DNA from: Candidatus Magasanikiibacteriota bacterium
Lineage (GTDB): Bacteria > Patescibacteriota > Patescibacteriia > Magasanikbacterales > UBA922
Direction of reading: 5' to 3'
Assembly (NCBI GenBank): GCA_016193335.1
Contig: JACPSK010000001.1
Span: 585,440 to 649,439 of the forward strand
DNA length: 64,000 bases
Position numbers and translations under genes: made by a program. Below the pieces are notes generated by a model that ran no database searches, was not told the origin of the DNA, and saw nothing but the letters and a program-made list of their open reading frames with translations. Positions 9,232 to 18,315 of this stretch are shown here, one piece after another. Positions within the stretch are counted from its first letter, which is position 1. The number at the start of each line of letters is the position of its first letter.

Positions 9232-10755
9232 TTATTGTGTTCTTTTTCTAAACTGCAGGGCCTCTGCCACATGTTCTTTTTCGATGGGTACTTTGCCGGC
9301 GAGGTCAGCGATCGTTCTTGATAATTTTAGTATTTTGAAATAGCTTCTTGCGGATAAATTCATGTGCCTCATAGCGCTACGTAAAAGGTCTATTGAGTCC
9401 TCCCGAAGCCCGCAAAAAGTTTTGATTTCTTTTGTTCCCATTTCACTGTTCGTCTTAAAATGTAGGCCTGGGAATCTTTTGATTTGTATATTTCGCGCTT
9501 TCACGACTCTGGCGCGTATGATTTCGGATGATTCACCCAGATCTTCTGAGGCGAGTTTTTCAAATTTTATTTTGGGGACTTCCACACACATGTCGAAGCG
9601 GTCGAGAAAAGGTCCGCTTATTTTTTTTTGGTAACGAAGAATCGTATGAGGAGAACAGGTACAATTTTGTTCAGGATCTGTGGCAAATCCACAGGGGCAA
9701 GGATTCTGGCTGGCTACTAAAGTAAAACTGGCAGGGTAAGAAACACTGCTTAAAGCTCGGGAGATAGTAACGATTCTATCTTCGAGCGGTTGGCGTAGAT
9801 ACTCTAATACCGAAGAATTGAATTCCGGGAGTTCGTCCAGAAATAATATACCGCGGTGGGCGAGAGATATTTCTCCTGGTTTGGGGAATCTCCCTCCTCC
9901 CACTAAGGCCACGCCACTGCTGCTGTGGTGGGGCGCGCGGAAGGGGCGCTGGGTGATAAGAGGTTGCTTAGCCGGCAGAAGACCTGCCACTGAATATATT
10001 TTTGTGAGTTCTATTCCTTCTGATAAAGTAAGCGGTGGCATGATGGACGGCAGACTGCGTGCTAAAAGAGTTTTTCCTGAGCCTGGCGGTCCGTTGAAGA
10101 GTATATTGTGGCCGCCGCTCGCCGCTATCTCGAGTGCTCGTTTTGCGAATTCTTGTCCTTTGATGAAAGCTATATCCAATTCGTAATGTGTTTTTTGCAG
10201 AAAGGCTTCATAATTTTGGCTTGTACAGAAGGGCTTGATATATGTTTCTCCTTCTATGTGTTTAATGAGTTCGGAAAATGAATGAACCGGCAATATCTCG
10301 ATGCCTTGGGCGAGTCCGGCTTCCTTTGCGTTTATTGCGGGGATAAATAGATGTTTGTAGCCTTGTTCTGCCGCGAATAAAGCTATGGGTAAAATACTGT
10401 TTGTGTAACGGATTTCTCCGTTGAGGGCGAGCTCTCCCACGAATAAAGAATCGGAAAAATCTTTTTTGATTTTGTGATGCGATACGTACATCGCCGTGGC
10501 CATGGGTAAATCGTACAGAGCGCCTTCTTTACGCAAATCAGCGGGCGCGAGATTCGCGGTGATATGGAAGCTGTGAGGGAACTTGAGGCCTGAATTTTTC
10601 CAGGCTGCTTTGATTCGTTCTCTGGCTTCTTGTATGGCCGTGTCTGGCAGACCTACCACTTGGAAACCAGGCCAACCTCCGCCTATAAAGACTTCAACAA
10701 TGACTGTATTGCAATTTAGGCCGGTAAGAGCGGCCGAATGAATTTTTGCAAACAT
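9232..10755 (-). CDS. comM: Mg-chelatase-like AAA+ ATPase, YifB/ComM family
   Basis: 507 aa with the ChlI-type AAA+ motifs NILFNGPPGSGKTLLA and GILFLDELPEF, and a C-terminal ComM domain. Confidence 0.9.
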   Translation of the reverse strand: MFAKIHSAALTGLNCNTVIVEVFIGGGWPGFQVVGLPDTAIQEARERIKAAWKNSGLKFPHSFHITANLAPADLRKEGALYDLPMATAMYVSHHKIKKDFSDSLFVGELALNGEIRYTNSILPIALFAAEQGYKHLFIPAINAKEAGLAQGIEILPVHSFSELIKHIEGETYIKPFCTSQNYEAFLQKTHYELDIAFIKGQEFAKRALEIAASGGHNILFNGPPGSGKTLLARSLPSIMPPLTLSEGIELTKIYSVAGLLPAKQPLITQRPFRAPHHSSSGVALVGGGRFPKPGEISLAHRGILFLDELPEFNSSVLEYLRQPLEDRIVTISRALSSVSYPASFTLVASQNPCPCGFATDPEQNCTCSPHTILRYQKKISGPFLDRFDMCVEVPKIKFEKLASEDLGESSEIIRARVVKARNIQIKRFPGLHFKTNSEMGTKEIKTFCGLREDSIDLLRSAMRHMNLSARSYFKILKLSRTIADLAGKVPIEKEHVAEALQFRKRTQ

Positions 10756-11113
10756 AAAAAAATAGAATATATCAGATATGATTTTACGGTATTGGAGGTT
10801 AATTTTTTCTTAAGACAATTTTTTTGGGTTTTTGCGTACAATGTGGGAGATTGACAGAAAGATAGGATTCTGTTACATTAATTTATCACTTTTTAACTTA
10901 TTCCGGTTGAGAAGTGTTTGTTCTTTACAGGCTTTGAGCATAAGTCTATACAATTATCTATCAAGATAGATGCGTTCTTGACACAACGATAGACGAGGTT
11001 TCGGGCTTTATTTCGTTCCGAGTTATGCAAAAAAATCTGAGATTGTTTTTTCCGTTTTAAAAGGTTTTTTGGCACGACTTGGAACTGAGGCGTTCGAACT
11101 TGGGAGGGGACAA

Positions 11114-11908
11114 ATGGGAGACGCAAAGGTTGTGAGTTTGAGGGGCGAGCAGAATTCCAGCTCAGGTGGGCCGGGGGGACCGGAAAGGCCGTCTTCTTTC
11201 CTTGACAAGAGACGAGTTACCTGGCTGGTTACCGCTTTGGCGGTTTTGACGATGGCTCTTTTGTTTTTCGCCTTCGTTGCGGTCTGGACCAGGCTCAAGG
11301 CTTACGATGAGAGCCATGTCTTGGTGGGCGTTGAGAGTTTTCGCGCCTTGTCTTACCAAGCCTCATTGAGCGAGTCTTTGAGCAAAAACAACATTGTCTT
11401 TTATGAAGCGCTGAAACAGGCTCTGGACGAAAAGAAGTCCCTCGAGCTCCGGATTCAAGCCTTGCAGAAGGGACCCGGCTTTGGGGAAGGCTATGTTGAG
11501 GGCCGTCGGGAGGCCCTTGACCATGTGGCGCTACGTCTCGGCCTGGGAAGCGAGTTTTTCGACCAGCTTCTCTGGACTGCCGAGATTTGCCATGGTGACT
11601 CTAACTTGGTCTGGATGCGGGATCAACTCGCCGGCATCGCGGCCGGCTTTGGCTGCTCCTGCTACTGTTCAGAGCTGGTTAATCTGACAATTAAAGATGC
11701 CAGCCTGGAGCAGGTGCTTGCCTTTCTCGCAAGGGAATCCGGCGTTCCTGTGTTTAACGACGCCAAGATCACAGGAAACGTGACGTTGCGGTTCACAGAC
11801 ATACCCGCAAGTCTCGCGCTTCAGGCCATCGTAGGGCAGTTTGGCGCGGATCTGCGCTTCGAAGACGGCGCATACCATGTCGTGCCCTTTGTTGTAGGGG
11901 GAAAGTAA
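11114..11908 (+). CDS. GC-rich membrane-anchored protein with a C-terminal STN / secretin-N-like domain
   Basis: The ORF opens at TTG 11069. ATG 11114 is preceded by GGGAGGGG, so I prefer it. A single TM helix (LVTALAVLTMALLFFAFVAVW), a coiled-coil-like region, then VNLTIKDASLEQVLAFLARESGVPVFNDAKITGNVTLRFTDIPASLALQAIVGQFGADLRF. This resembles the STN / Secretin_N fold of TonB-dependent receptors and secretins. Codons are GC3-rich, unlike the neighbouring genes. Confidence 0.6.
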   Translation: MGDAKVVSLRGEQNSSSGGPGGPERPSSFLDKRRVTWLVTALAVLTMALLFFAFVAVWTRLKAYDESHVLVGVESFRALSYQASLSESLSKNNIVFYEALKQALDEKKSLELRIQALQKGPGFGEGYVEGRREALDHVALRLGLGSEFFDQLLWTAEICHGDSNLVWMRDQLAGIAAGFGCSCYCSELVNLTIKDASLEQVLAFLARESGVPVFNDAKITGNVTLRFTDIPASLALQAIVGQFGADLRFEDGAYHVVPFVVGGK

Positions 11909-11994
11909 GGACCCTGGACGCCTTGGAAAATATGGCGTTCGGGTTCACCTTCAACCTTTATATAATGTATGTAAGAGTTGAGCAGGGGCGCTTA

Positions 11995-12462
11995 TCATGC
12001 GGATAGGCGCTTATTTTTTTCATGCCGATCTGAGATTAATAGCAAGACTCCAAGTATAATGAGAATATCGGCCATATTGATGACTGAACCCAAAATGCGT
12101 ATATAATCAATAGTCGCCGAATACACAATACGGTCTATCAAATTTGAGATCGCTCCACTTGCGATGAAGGCGAGCGCGTAAAATGAAAGTATCGTTTTCT
12201 TTTCTGATTTTGAAAGATATAGGAAACCAATGAACAGAATAAGAAAACTAAGGGGGATGATCACATAATGGGGGATGGGTATGCCAAAAGCAACACCAGG
12301 ATTTTTTAAATATTCCCATCCGAGCCAGGGCTTGATGTAATAATAACTAAGATTTTGATGATATTCCGCAATATATTTTAAGATTTGGTCTGCTATTAAA
12401 AAAAGTCCACCGATTGCAGGAGCAATCAAGAGGTGGACTTTTTGTTTTTGCATATGCATCAC
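11995..12462 (-). CDS. lspA: Lipoprotein signal peptidase II
   Basis: 155 aa with four TM segments and the conserved blocks NPGVAFGI and INMADILIILGVLLL (FNxAD-like). Confidence 0.8.
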   Translation of the reverse strand: MMHMQKQKVHLLIAPAIGGLFLIADQILKYIAEYHQNLSYYYIKPWLGWEYLKNPGVAFGIPIPHYVIIPLSFLILFIGFLYLSKSEKKTILSFYALAFIASGAISNLIDRIVYSATIDYIRILGSVINMADILIILGVLLLISDRHEKNKRLSA

Positions 12463-12505
12463 GGTTCTCTGTGGTCTATGGTCTCGTTGCGAACAAACGA
12501 GTTGT

Positions 12506-12898
12506 CTAGACTTCGTTGGTAAGCGTTTTTTTGCAACTGACGCAGGAACTGGAGGTCGGCCGAGCCAATAATCTTTTTTCGTCTATGGGTTGATCGCAGT
12601 ATTTACAAATCCCGTAGCTATCTTCTTTTATTCGCTTTAGGGCTGTGTTGACATCACGCAAAGATTTTTCCAGAGTCATTTCCAAAGGTTTATTGCTGAG
12701 ATAGTCCGCGATTTCGCGCGCGTTTTCATCGCTTTCTTCACCATATTCAGGAAAACTTGCGTCAAAATCACCATCCACATGTGGGTTGGGGGTAGAGAAA
12801 CCCAAAAGCTCTTTTTCGAGTTTTTGTTTTGTGGCTTCGAGAGACAAGCGAATTTTTTCTAAAAAATCCGTGCTGAATGCGCTGGCTTTTTTTGCCAT
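12506..12898 (-). CDS. DksA/TraR-family C4 zinc-finger regulator (start placed at the internal MAKKASAF)
   Basis: C-terminal CKYCDQPIDEKRLLARPTSSSCVSCKK four-Cys finger preceded by a coiled-coil region. The upstream 32 codons of the listed ORF look non-coding. Confidence 0.7.
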   Translation of the reverse strand: MAKKASAFSTDFLEKIRLSLEATKQKLEKELLGFSTPNPHVDGDFDASFPEYGEESDENAREIADYLSNKPLEMTLEKSLRDVNTALKRIKEDSYGICKYCDQPIDEKRLLARPTSSSCVSCKKTLTNEV

Positions 12899-13185
12899 AT
12901 GAGTAAACGTATAAAGAAAGCAAAGGGGGAAATGAATCAAATAAAGTGAAGGGATTATACAGTGTGGAAGAACAAAAAGCAAGGTTTCGCGCAAGTCTCT
13001 GAGCTTGGCTAGTACTTGGTTTTAAATCCGGATCAAAGTTGGGGCAAGCGAGTGTCATAATTCTCCCTTGTTTGGTTTTGAAAACAACTTGTCTCAGCTA
13101 AATCGGATTTTTACCGGCCAACTCGGGTGGGAGACATGCTTAGCTATAGATAATATAGTATTTATAGAAAGAAACAATAAAAAAA

Positions 13186-13410
13186 GAGGCAGAGTACGCC
13201 CCAAGGAAGACTATGTGGCTTTCTGCCTCTAGTTATCCCAGGGTGCGGTGGTTCCGAACAATATAGACGTTTAATGAAGATAAGCGTACATATTGTTCGG
13301 AAGCAGCCAGCGTATGCTGGGATAAAGTGCTCTTACACCGCTCCTGCGTGATACGTTCCTACACCGTCCGGTTAGGGATGCAGGTGCGTAAACGGAACGC
13401 CACTGATGCT
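13186..13410 (+). ncRNA. Candidate structured non-coding RNA (identity unresolved; weak SRP-RNA-like GGAAGCAGCC motif)
   Basis: GC-rich island with no ORF inside a 1.3-kb non-coding stretch. Nested helices are GAGGCAG/CTGCCTC, CCCAGGG..CTGGG and CCGAACAATAT..ATATTGTTCGG. GTTCGGAAGCAGCCAG is similar to the SRP RNA helix-8 motif, but the expected GNRA tetraloop is replaced by an insertion. Confidence 0.3.
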
Positions 13411-13697
13411 TAGCCATTCACATATAATTTTAACCTTTGATGTTGGTTTTTGGATATCAAGCGATATCTAAGCGGCTAAGCAAAAGAAGCAGTGAAAAGA
13501 GAAGTACAACATCTGATCCATTATGGTGGAGAGTTGTACGATTTTAAGGATCACAAAAGTAGTATAGCATATTTTAAACATTTTGTCAACGGAGAGGTTT
13601 TTTTGTCTAGATTTAGCTAAAAAACGTTGTTATTTGGCTTATTTTAGCATATTTTTTTGTATACACCTTTATATACAAATATATATTGTGAAAGTAA

Positions 13698-13927
13698 TTA
13701 TCCACAAATTCCTGTATTTTTCCCCATACTTATCCACAGTGTATAGAATATTGTATACAAAAAGCATATTTTTTTGTTGATTTTCTGTGTTTTTCCTCTG
13801 ATTTCCTTGTTTATGTTTTGAATGTGACATTATTAAAGTTTCAGTATGAATGCCTTATGAATATATTTTTTAGTTATTTGGGTAGTTTTTCCACAGAAAT
13901 ATGGAGTTTTCCACCTTTTTATCCACA
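13698..13927 (+). promoter_or_regulatory. Second DnaA-box cluster (three perfect TTATCCACA plus two one-mismatch boxes), 11 kb from dnaA
   Basis: Perfect boxes at 13698-13706, 13730-13738 and 13919-13927. TTTTCCACA at 13887-13895 and TTTTCCACC at 13907-13915. All are on the same strand and flanked by AT-rich TTGTATAC repeats. Confidence 0.6.
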
Positions 13928-14383
13928 TTTGTATAGGTTTTTGTATACTTTTTATTCAATCAACTAATTTTTCGTGGGTTTGCTCCGGAGTTTCCTTTGA
14001 GCTACCTCGCGGCTCTGCTACGGAGTAGCTCATTCGGTCAGAGGCGCCGAGGTTGATAAGAGCTTTTTATTTTCAGCCCTTTTTCCCGCGTTAAGTTGTT
14101 TCCGTTCTTTGAAACAGAAAACCAAACACTGTCGAGTCATTGCGCCATGGTAAAAGGCGAAAGAGCTTGGAGCAGGTGTTTGGTTTTTGTTTTTGTAGGT
14201 GGAATTTTTGATTGATTCGCCCCTTAAAGATAAGTAAGCGGCATTGTTTGGTTCTTATGTGGAGTATTAAGGTATGTTTATCCCCAGCTTTGGATCTGAT
14301 CCTTGAATAAAAAAAATAATGTTGTTATTATTACAAATAACTTCAAACTTGCCTCGGGGCAAGAGGGAAATGGAGGTAGAGAA

Positions 14384-14641
14384 ATGTCTCGGTTCAAGTG
14401 GTTGGCGTTCGCCGCGATCCTCGCGGTGTCCGCCTTCATCATCGCGGCCAGTCCCCCGACGGACGAGGGTAGCACGGCCATCACGCAGAGCACGGGCAAC
14501 GCGCTGACCAACACGGGCCAGATCACGACCACGACGTCGCCGCCGGAGGTCGGTGACATCCCCACGGGCGTGGTCACGAGCGCCGCCGCGACGACGGGCA
14601 ACACCGGCCAGGTGAACACGGGCCCACAGATCGGCCCCTAG
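14384..14641 (+). CDS. Small secreted Thr/Gly/Asn-rich peptide encoded in a sharply GC-rich island
   Basis: SD GGAGGTAGAGAA precedes ATG 14384. Signal peptide MSRFKWLAFAAILAVSAFIIAASPP, then TGNALTNTGQITTTTSPPEVGDIPTGVVTSAAATTGNTGQVNTGPQIGP. Nearly every codon ends in G or C, whereas the flanks are AT-rich. Confidence 0.55.
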   Translation: MSRFKWLAFAAILAVSAFIIAASPPTDEGSTAITQSTGNALTNTGQITTTTSPPEVGDIPTGVVTSAAATTGNTGQVNTGPQIGP

Positions 14642-14709
14642 GCGCTCTCTCGACGTCTCGCCTTCTGGGTCTAGTGCTTCGACCCCCCTCCATTGGCACT
14701 GAAGTGAAG

Positions 14710-14791
14710 ACAACCGCACGCCAGACTACCATTTTTTATACGGCAAAATCGTGTAGAAAGCGGTGGGAGGACTGTGCGGTTGTTTTTTTGT
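14710..14791 (+). terminator. Long-stem terminator downstream of the GC-rich small ORF
   Basis: ACAACCGCAC (14710-14719) pairs with GTGCGGTTGT (14774-14783), followed by TTTTTTT. Confidence 0.45.
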
Positions 14792-14989
14792 TTTATATTT
14801 TTCGAAGCTCATTGAGCCTGGGTTAAAGAAAATTTTATTTGTTTTAAAAACCCCTTAAGAGAGCGGTTTTATTTTATTTTAATTTTGATTTTTGTATGGT
14901 TCTCATTGAACCCTGACCACACCTGTCCGGATAGGGAGCTTTTGCCAGTTTGTTGGAAGAGATTTGATTTATTAGAAATTAAAAATTTA

Positions 14990-15027
14990 AAATTGTTTAA
15001 AAATTATAAATTTTAAATTAAAAATTT
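14990..15027. repeat. Palindromic AT-rich intergenic motif, copy A
   Basis: AAATTGTTTAAAAATTATAAATTTTAAATTAAAAATTT lies immediately upstream of the 15043 gene. Near-identical copies are at 51923-51958 and 46593-46636, with a weaker one at 48733-48762. Confidence 0.5.
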
Positions 15028-15042
15028 AATCAGGGAGGGATT

Positions 15043-18000
15043 ATGGAATATATTTTGTCGCGTTTTTTGAATATGAGTTTGATGGTACTGACCAGTTTGG
15101 CATTTTCATTTCAAACACCGGAAGTATCAATGATCATAAATGAAATAGGCGCTTATGAGAAGAAAGATTATGAATGGATAGAAGTTTTTAATGCTTCAGA
15201 CCATGAGACGGATATGAAGGACTGGAGTTTTTGGGAACAAGACGTGAATCATGGTTTGACGCTGGCCCAAGGAGAAGACAGTATCGTTGGAGTTGGAGAA
15301 TACGCGCTGGTGGTTCAGAATTTTGGAAAATTTAAAGAATTGTATCCGAATGTTACGAGCACTATATTTGATAGTTCCTGGGCTTCGCTTAATGAAGGAG
15401 GAGAAGAAATAGGTTTGAGAGATCCCGAGGACAATCTGGCGGAACATTTTGTGTATATGCCGGCTGAGGAGAAATCACTCGAACGTGTGGAAATTTTTAC
15501 TGATATATACACAGAAGAAAACTGGAAGAAACATCCGGAGTCAAACTCAGCGGGATTTGCCAATTACTGGGCCGCGCAAGAAAGAGCAGAAGATTCCACT
15601 GACATTGATTTTGGTGAAGACTTTCCGGAAGAGCAAACCGGAACTCAAAGTGTTCCGGAATCTGCGGAGGAAGCTGGCACGGAATTTTTTAATAAGACCC
15701 TGGTCGCGCAGATGGAGCTCGGCGCCACGTCCACCTATGTGGGTGTAGCTGTTGTATTTGATGCCTCGGAGTCGTATGACAATGATGGACAAATACTTTC
15801 GTATTACTGGGATTTTGGCGATAAGTCTTTTTCAAGCAGTTCTCTTGCTTCGCATCATTATTCCGCTACAGGCACTTTTATGATTGAGCTCTCGGTAAAC
15901 GATGGATACGCGACAAATACAGCAAGCACGAGTTTGAAAGTGGAAGAGTTGTTTTTAGGAGGAAAAGGCGAAAATTCAAGTTTAGACAGCGGGCCTCAAC
16001 TGGGCGCGGATGCTCTCCCCAATCCTCTCGACCCGCGTGAATATATTTTTATCAATGAATTTGTTTCATATCCTAATGAAGGACAGACAGAATGGGTTGA
16101 ATTGTTTAACGCGGCCAGCTCTTCATTTCAGATTAATGGTTGGAGACTTAGAGATGGCAAGGGACAGATAGCTTTTGTGAGCTCTACCATAAACGGAGGA
16201 GCCTATATCCTTGTTGAATTGGAAAAGAATGTTTTAAATAACAGCGGCGATCTCATACGTCTTGAGGATGAAAAAGCGGTATTGGTTGACCAAGTAGCAT
16301 ACGGCGACTGGGAGAATGAAATTGGATTAACTAAGATGTTCTCAATTCCGCGCGCTTACTCATTGGGAAGGTTTGGAGATTACACAGGGAAAGTATATGG
16401 ACTCAATGTTTTTAAACTTACGTCTTTAACAAGTCCCGGGGCTCTGAACTATTGGAGTGGAAAGGGCGAAGAGCTTCAACCTACGCATCAGTCTTCACTT
16501 GATATCGGCAGTAATTCGGGCGGAGCGGTTCAGAATCCAAAGGGTTTGGAAAATATCTCAAAAGATACGTCTTACACGAAAGATACTTTTGTTTCTTCTT
16601 CAAAAATCATCTATAAAAAGGGTGAGATTGTAATAAGTGAAATTTTTCCCAATCCGAAGGGTTCGGATACGAGTGATGAATTTATAGAATTATATAATTT
16701 GGCTGATAGAAGTATCGATCTGTCGGCGTGGAAACTCGGGGATGGTTCTGCGCGAAGATATGCTATTGATGATGTCTTGCTTGGGCCGGGTGAATACCGG
16801 GCTTTTAAAAGAAGCGAAACTCATATTTCTCTGAACAACACGGGCGCTGAAGAAGTTTTGCTTTTTGGACCGGACGCAGGCCTCTTGGACCAGGTTTCTT
16901 ACGATGGATCGCACGAGGGACAGGCTTACATGCGTAATGACCGCGGAACATGGTTTTGGACGGCAGAGCCAAGCCCCGGGGCTGGCAATATCTTAAAAAA
17001 TTTAGATTCTGTTTCTTCAACGGCTTCAAGTACTATTCAACTTAAAACACAAGAGGAGAAGTCTGAAGAAGAATTTTCGTTTTTCGTTCCTGACGATTTT
17101 ATGTTTATTGAGATTTCAGAAATCTTCCCCAATCCTTCGGGACTTGATGACAAAGAATTTATTGAACTTTACAACAGGGGGAGCGCGGCCATTGATCTCG
17201 CGGGGCTCAAACTTGATGATGAAGAAGGTGGATCCAGACCTTATGAATTCTCGGACAATACGATTATACCCGCGTACTCATTCAGAGTTTTTTATAAAGA
17301 AGAGACCGGTTTGACTTTGAATAATTCGTTTGATTCGGCGCGTCTCTTGCTTCCTGGCGGAGAAATATTGCAGGAGATATTCTTTACAGACGTGATCGAA
17401 GGCGCTTCATTCAGCAGAGCCAATAATGACGCCTGGGACTGGACTATTATACTTACGCCTGGAGCCCCTAACGAGATTGTATTTGGAAATCAGACTTCTC
17501 CAAACACCAAAGCAGGTCTTCGCTCAGCCCTTCCGAAATCTTTCGCTGAAACACAGCTTGGCAGTCTGGCGAATTATGAGGCCGGGGACAGAATTAAAGT
17601 GAAAGGGACGGTTGCCGTGGCTCCCGGCGTGTTTGGATCTCAGTATTTTTATATGGTTGATATGGGACCGCTCGGCTCGGTATCGAGTTCGTTGGGCGGT
17701 GTCCAGGTGTATATGAATAAGAAAGATTTTCCACAATTAATTACAGGAGACTATGTTCAAGTGGCAGGAGAACTTTCTGATGTTCGAGGTGAGCCTCGGT
17801 TAAAAATTTCAGCGAAAGAAGATATTGTGAAACTCGATCATGTTGGCTTGGGTTCTCCAGGGCTTTTGGAGATATCGGAAATAGAAAATAGACAGCTTGG
17901 CGGGATGATTCGCGTGGAAGGCGAAATAACTTCTTTGAAAAGCACGTATATGTTCGTGGATGACGGGACTGGAGAAATAAAAGTGTATTTTAAAAAGGGG

Positions 18001-18273
18001 ACGGGCGTTCATGGTGGAAATTTTCAGGAAGGCTACAAGGTATCTGTTATTGGTTTGCTCGCCAAAGATGATAGCGCGTTACAGATTTTGCCTCGTTCTT
18101 TGGATGATATCGAAGTTATAGATTCAATGTTGAAGGTAGACAATAGCGAAAGGGATTTTTCATTTATCATTAAAGGCAATGAACGCTTGTACCTGTTTAT
18201 TATTTTTTGTTCCATCGCCCTTATTTGCGGGATTATTTATCTGCGTAGGGTGAAAAGCAAAAAAATTCAATAA
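15043..18273 (+). CDS. Large secreted/surface protein with four lamin-tail-like domains, a PKD domain, an OB-fold-like region and a C-terminal TM anchor
   Basis: Repeated LTD signatures (IINEIGAYEKKDYEWIEVFN, YIFINEFVSYPNEGQTEWVELFN, IVISEIFPNPKGSDTSDEFIELYN, IEISEIFPNPSGLDDKEFIELYN). PKD motif WDFGDKSFSSSS..HHYSATGTF. C-terminal hydrophobic LFIIFCSIALICGIIYL followed by RRVKSKK. Confidence 0.75.
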   Translation: MEYILSRFLNMSLMVLTSLAFSFQTPEVSMIINEIGAYEKKDYEWIEVFNASDHETDMKDWSFWEQDVNHGLTLAQGEDSIVGVGEYALVVQNFGKFKELYPNVTSTIFDSSWASLNEGGEEIGLRDPEDNLAEHFVYMPAEEKSLERVEIFTDIYTEENWKKHPESNSAGFANYWAAQERAEDSTDIDFGEDFPEEQTGTQSVPESAEEAGTEFFNKTLVAQMELGATSTYVGVAVVFDASESYDNDGQILSYYWDFGDKSFSSSSLASHHYSATGTFMIELSVNDGYATNTASTSLKVEELFLGGKGENSSLDSGPQLGADALPNPLDPREYIFINEFVSYPNEGQTEWVELFNAASSSFQINGWRLRDGKGQIAFVSSTINGGAYILVELEKNVLNNSGDLIRLEDEKAVLVDQVAYGDWENEIGLTKMFSIPRAYSLGRFGDYTGKVYGLNVFKLTSLTSPGALNYWSGKGEELQPTHQSSLDIGSNSGGAVQNPKGLENISKDTSYTKDTFVSSSKIIYKKGEIVISEIFPNPKGSDTSDEFIELYNLADRSIDLSAWKLGDGSARRYAIDDVLLGPGEYRAFKRSETHISLNNTGAEEVLLFGPDAGLLDQVSYDGSHEGQAYMRNDRGTWFWTAEPSPGAGNILKNLDSVSSTASSTIQLKTQEEKSEEEFSFFVPDDFMFIEISEIFPNPSGLDDKEFIELYNRGSAAIDLAGLKLDDEEGGSRPYEFSDNTIIPAYSFRVFYKEETGLTLNNSFDSARLLLPGGEILQEIFFTDVIEGASFSRANNDAWDWTIILTPGAPNEIVFGNQTSPNTKAGLRSALPKSFAETQLGSLANYEAGDRIKVKGTVAVAPGVFGSQYFYMVDMGPLGSVSSSLGGVQVYMNKKDFPQLITGDYVQVAGELSDVRGEPRLKISAKEDIVKLDHVGLGSPGLLEISEIENRQLGGMIRVEGEITSLKSTYMFVDDGTGEIKVYFKKGTGVHGGNFQEGYKVSVIGLLAKDDSALQILPRSLDDIEVIDSMLKVDNSERDFSFIIKGNERLYLFIIFCSIALICGIIYLRRVKSKKIQ

Positions 18274-18315
18274 AAACTTAGAAATAAATCATTTTTTCTG
18301 GTATACTATGCCCAC

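Noticed and set aside
14267-14719. Minus-strand ORFs (150 aa and 113 aa) and the plus ORF 14319-14507 over the small GC-rich gene
   Set aside because: They are Arg-rich antisense or off-frame readings. Only the SD-preceded frame starting at 14384 gives a signal peptide plus a coherent product.
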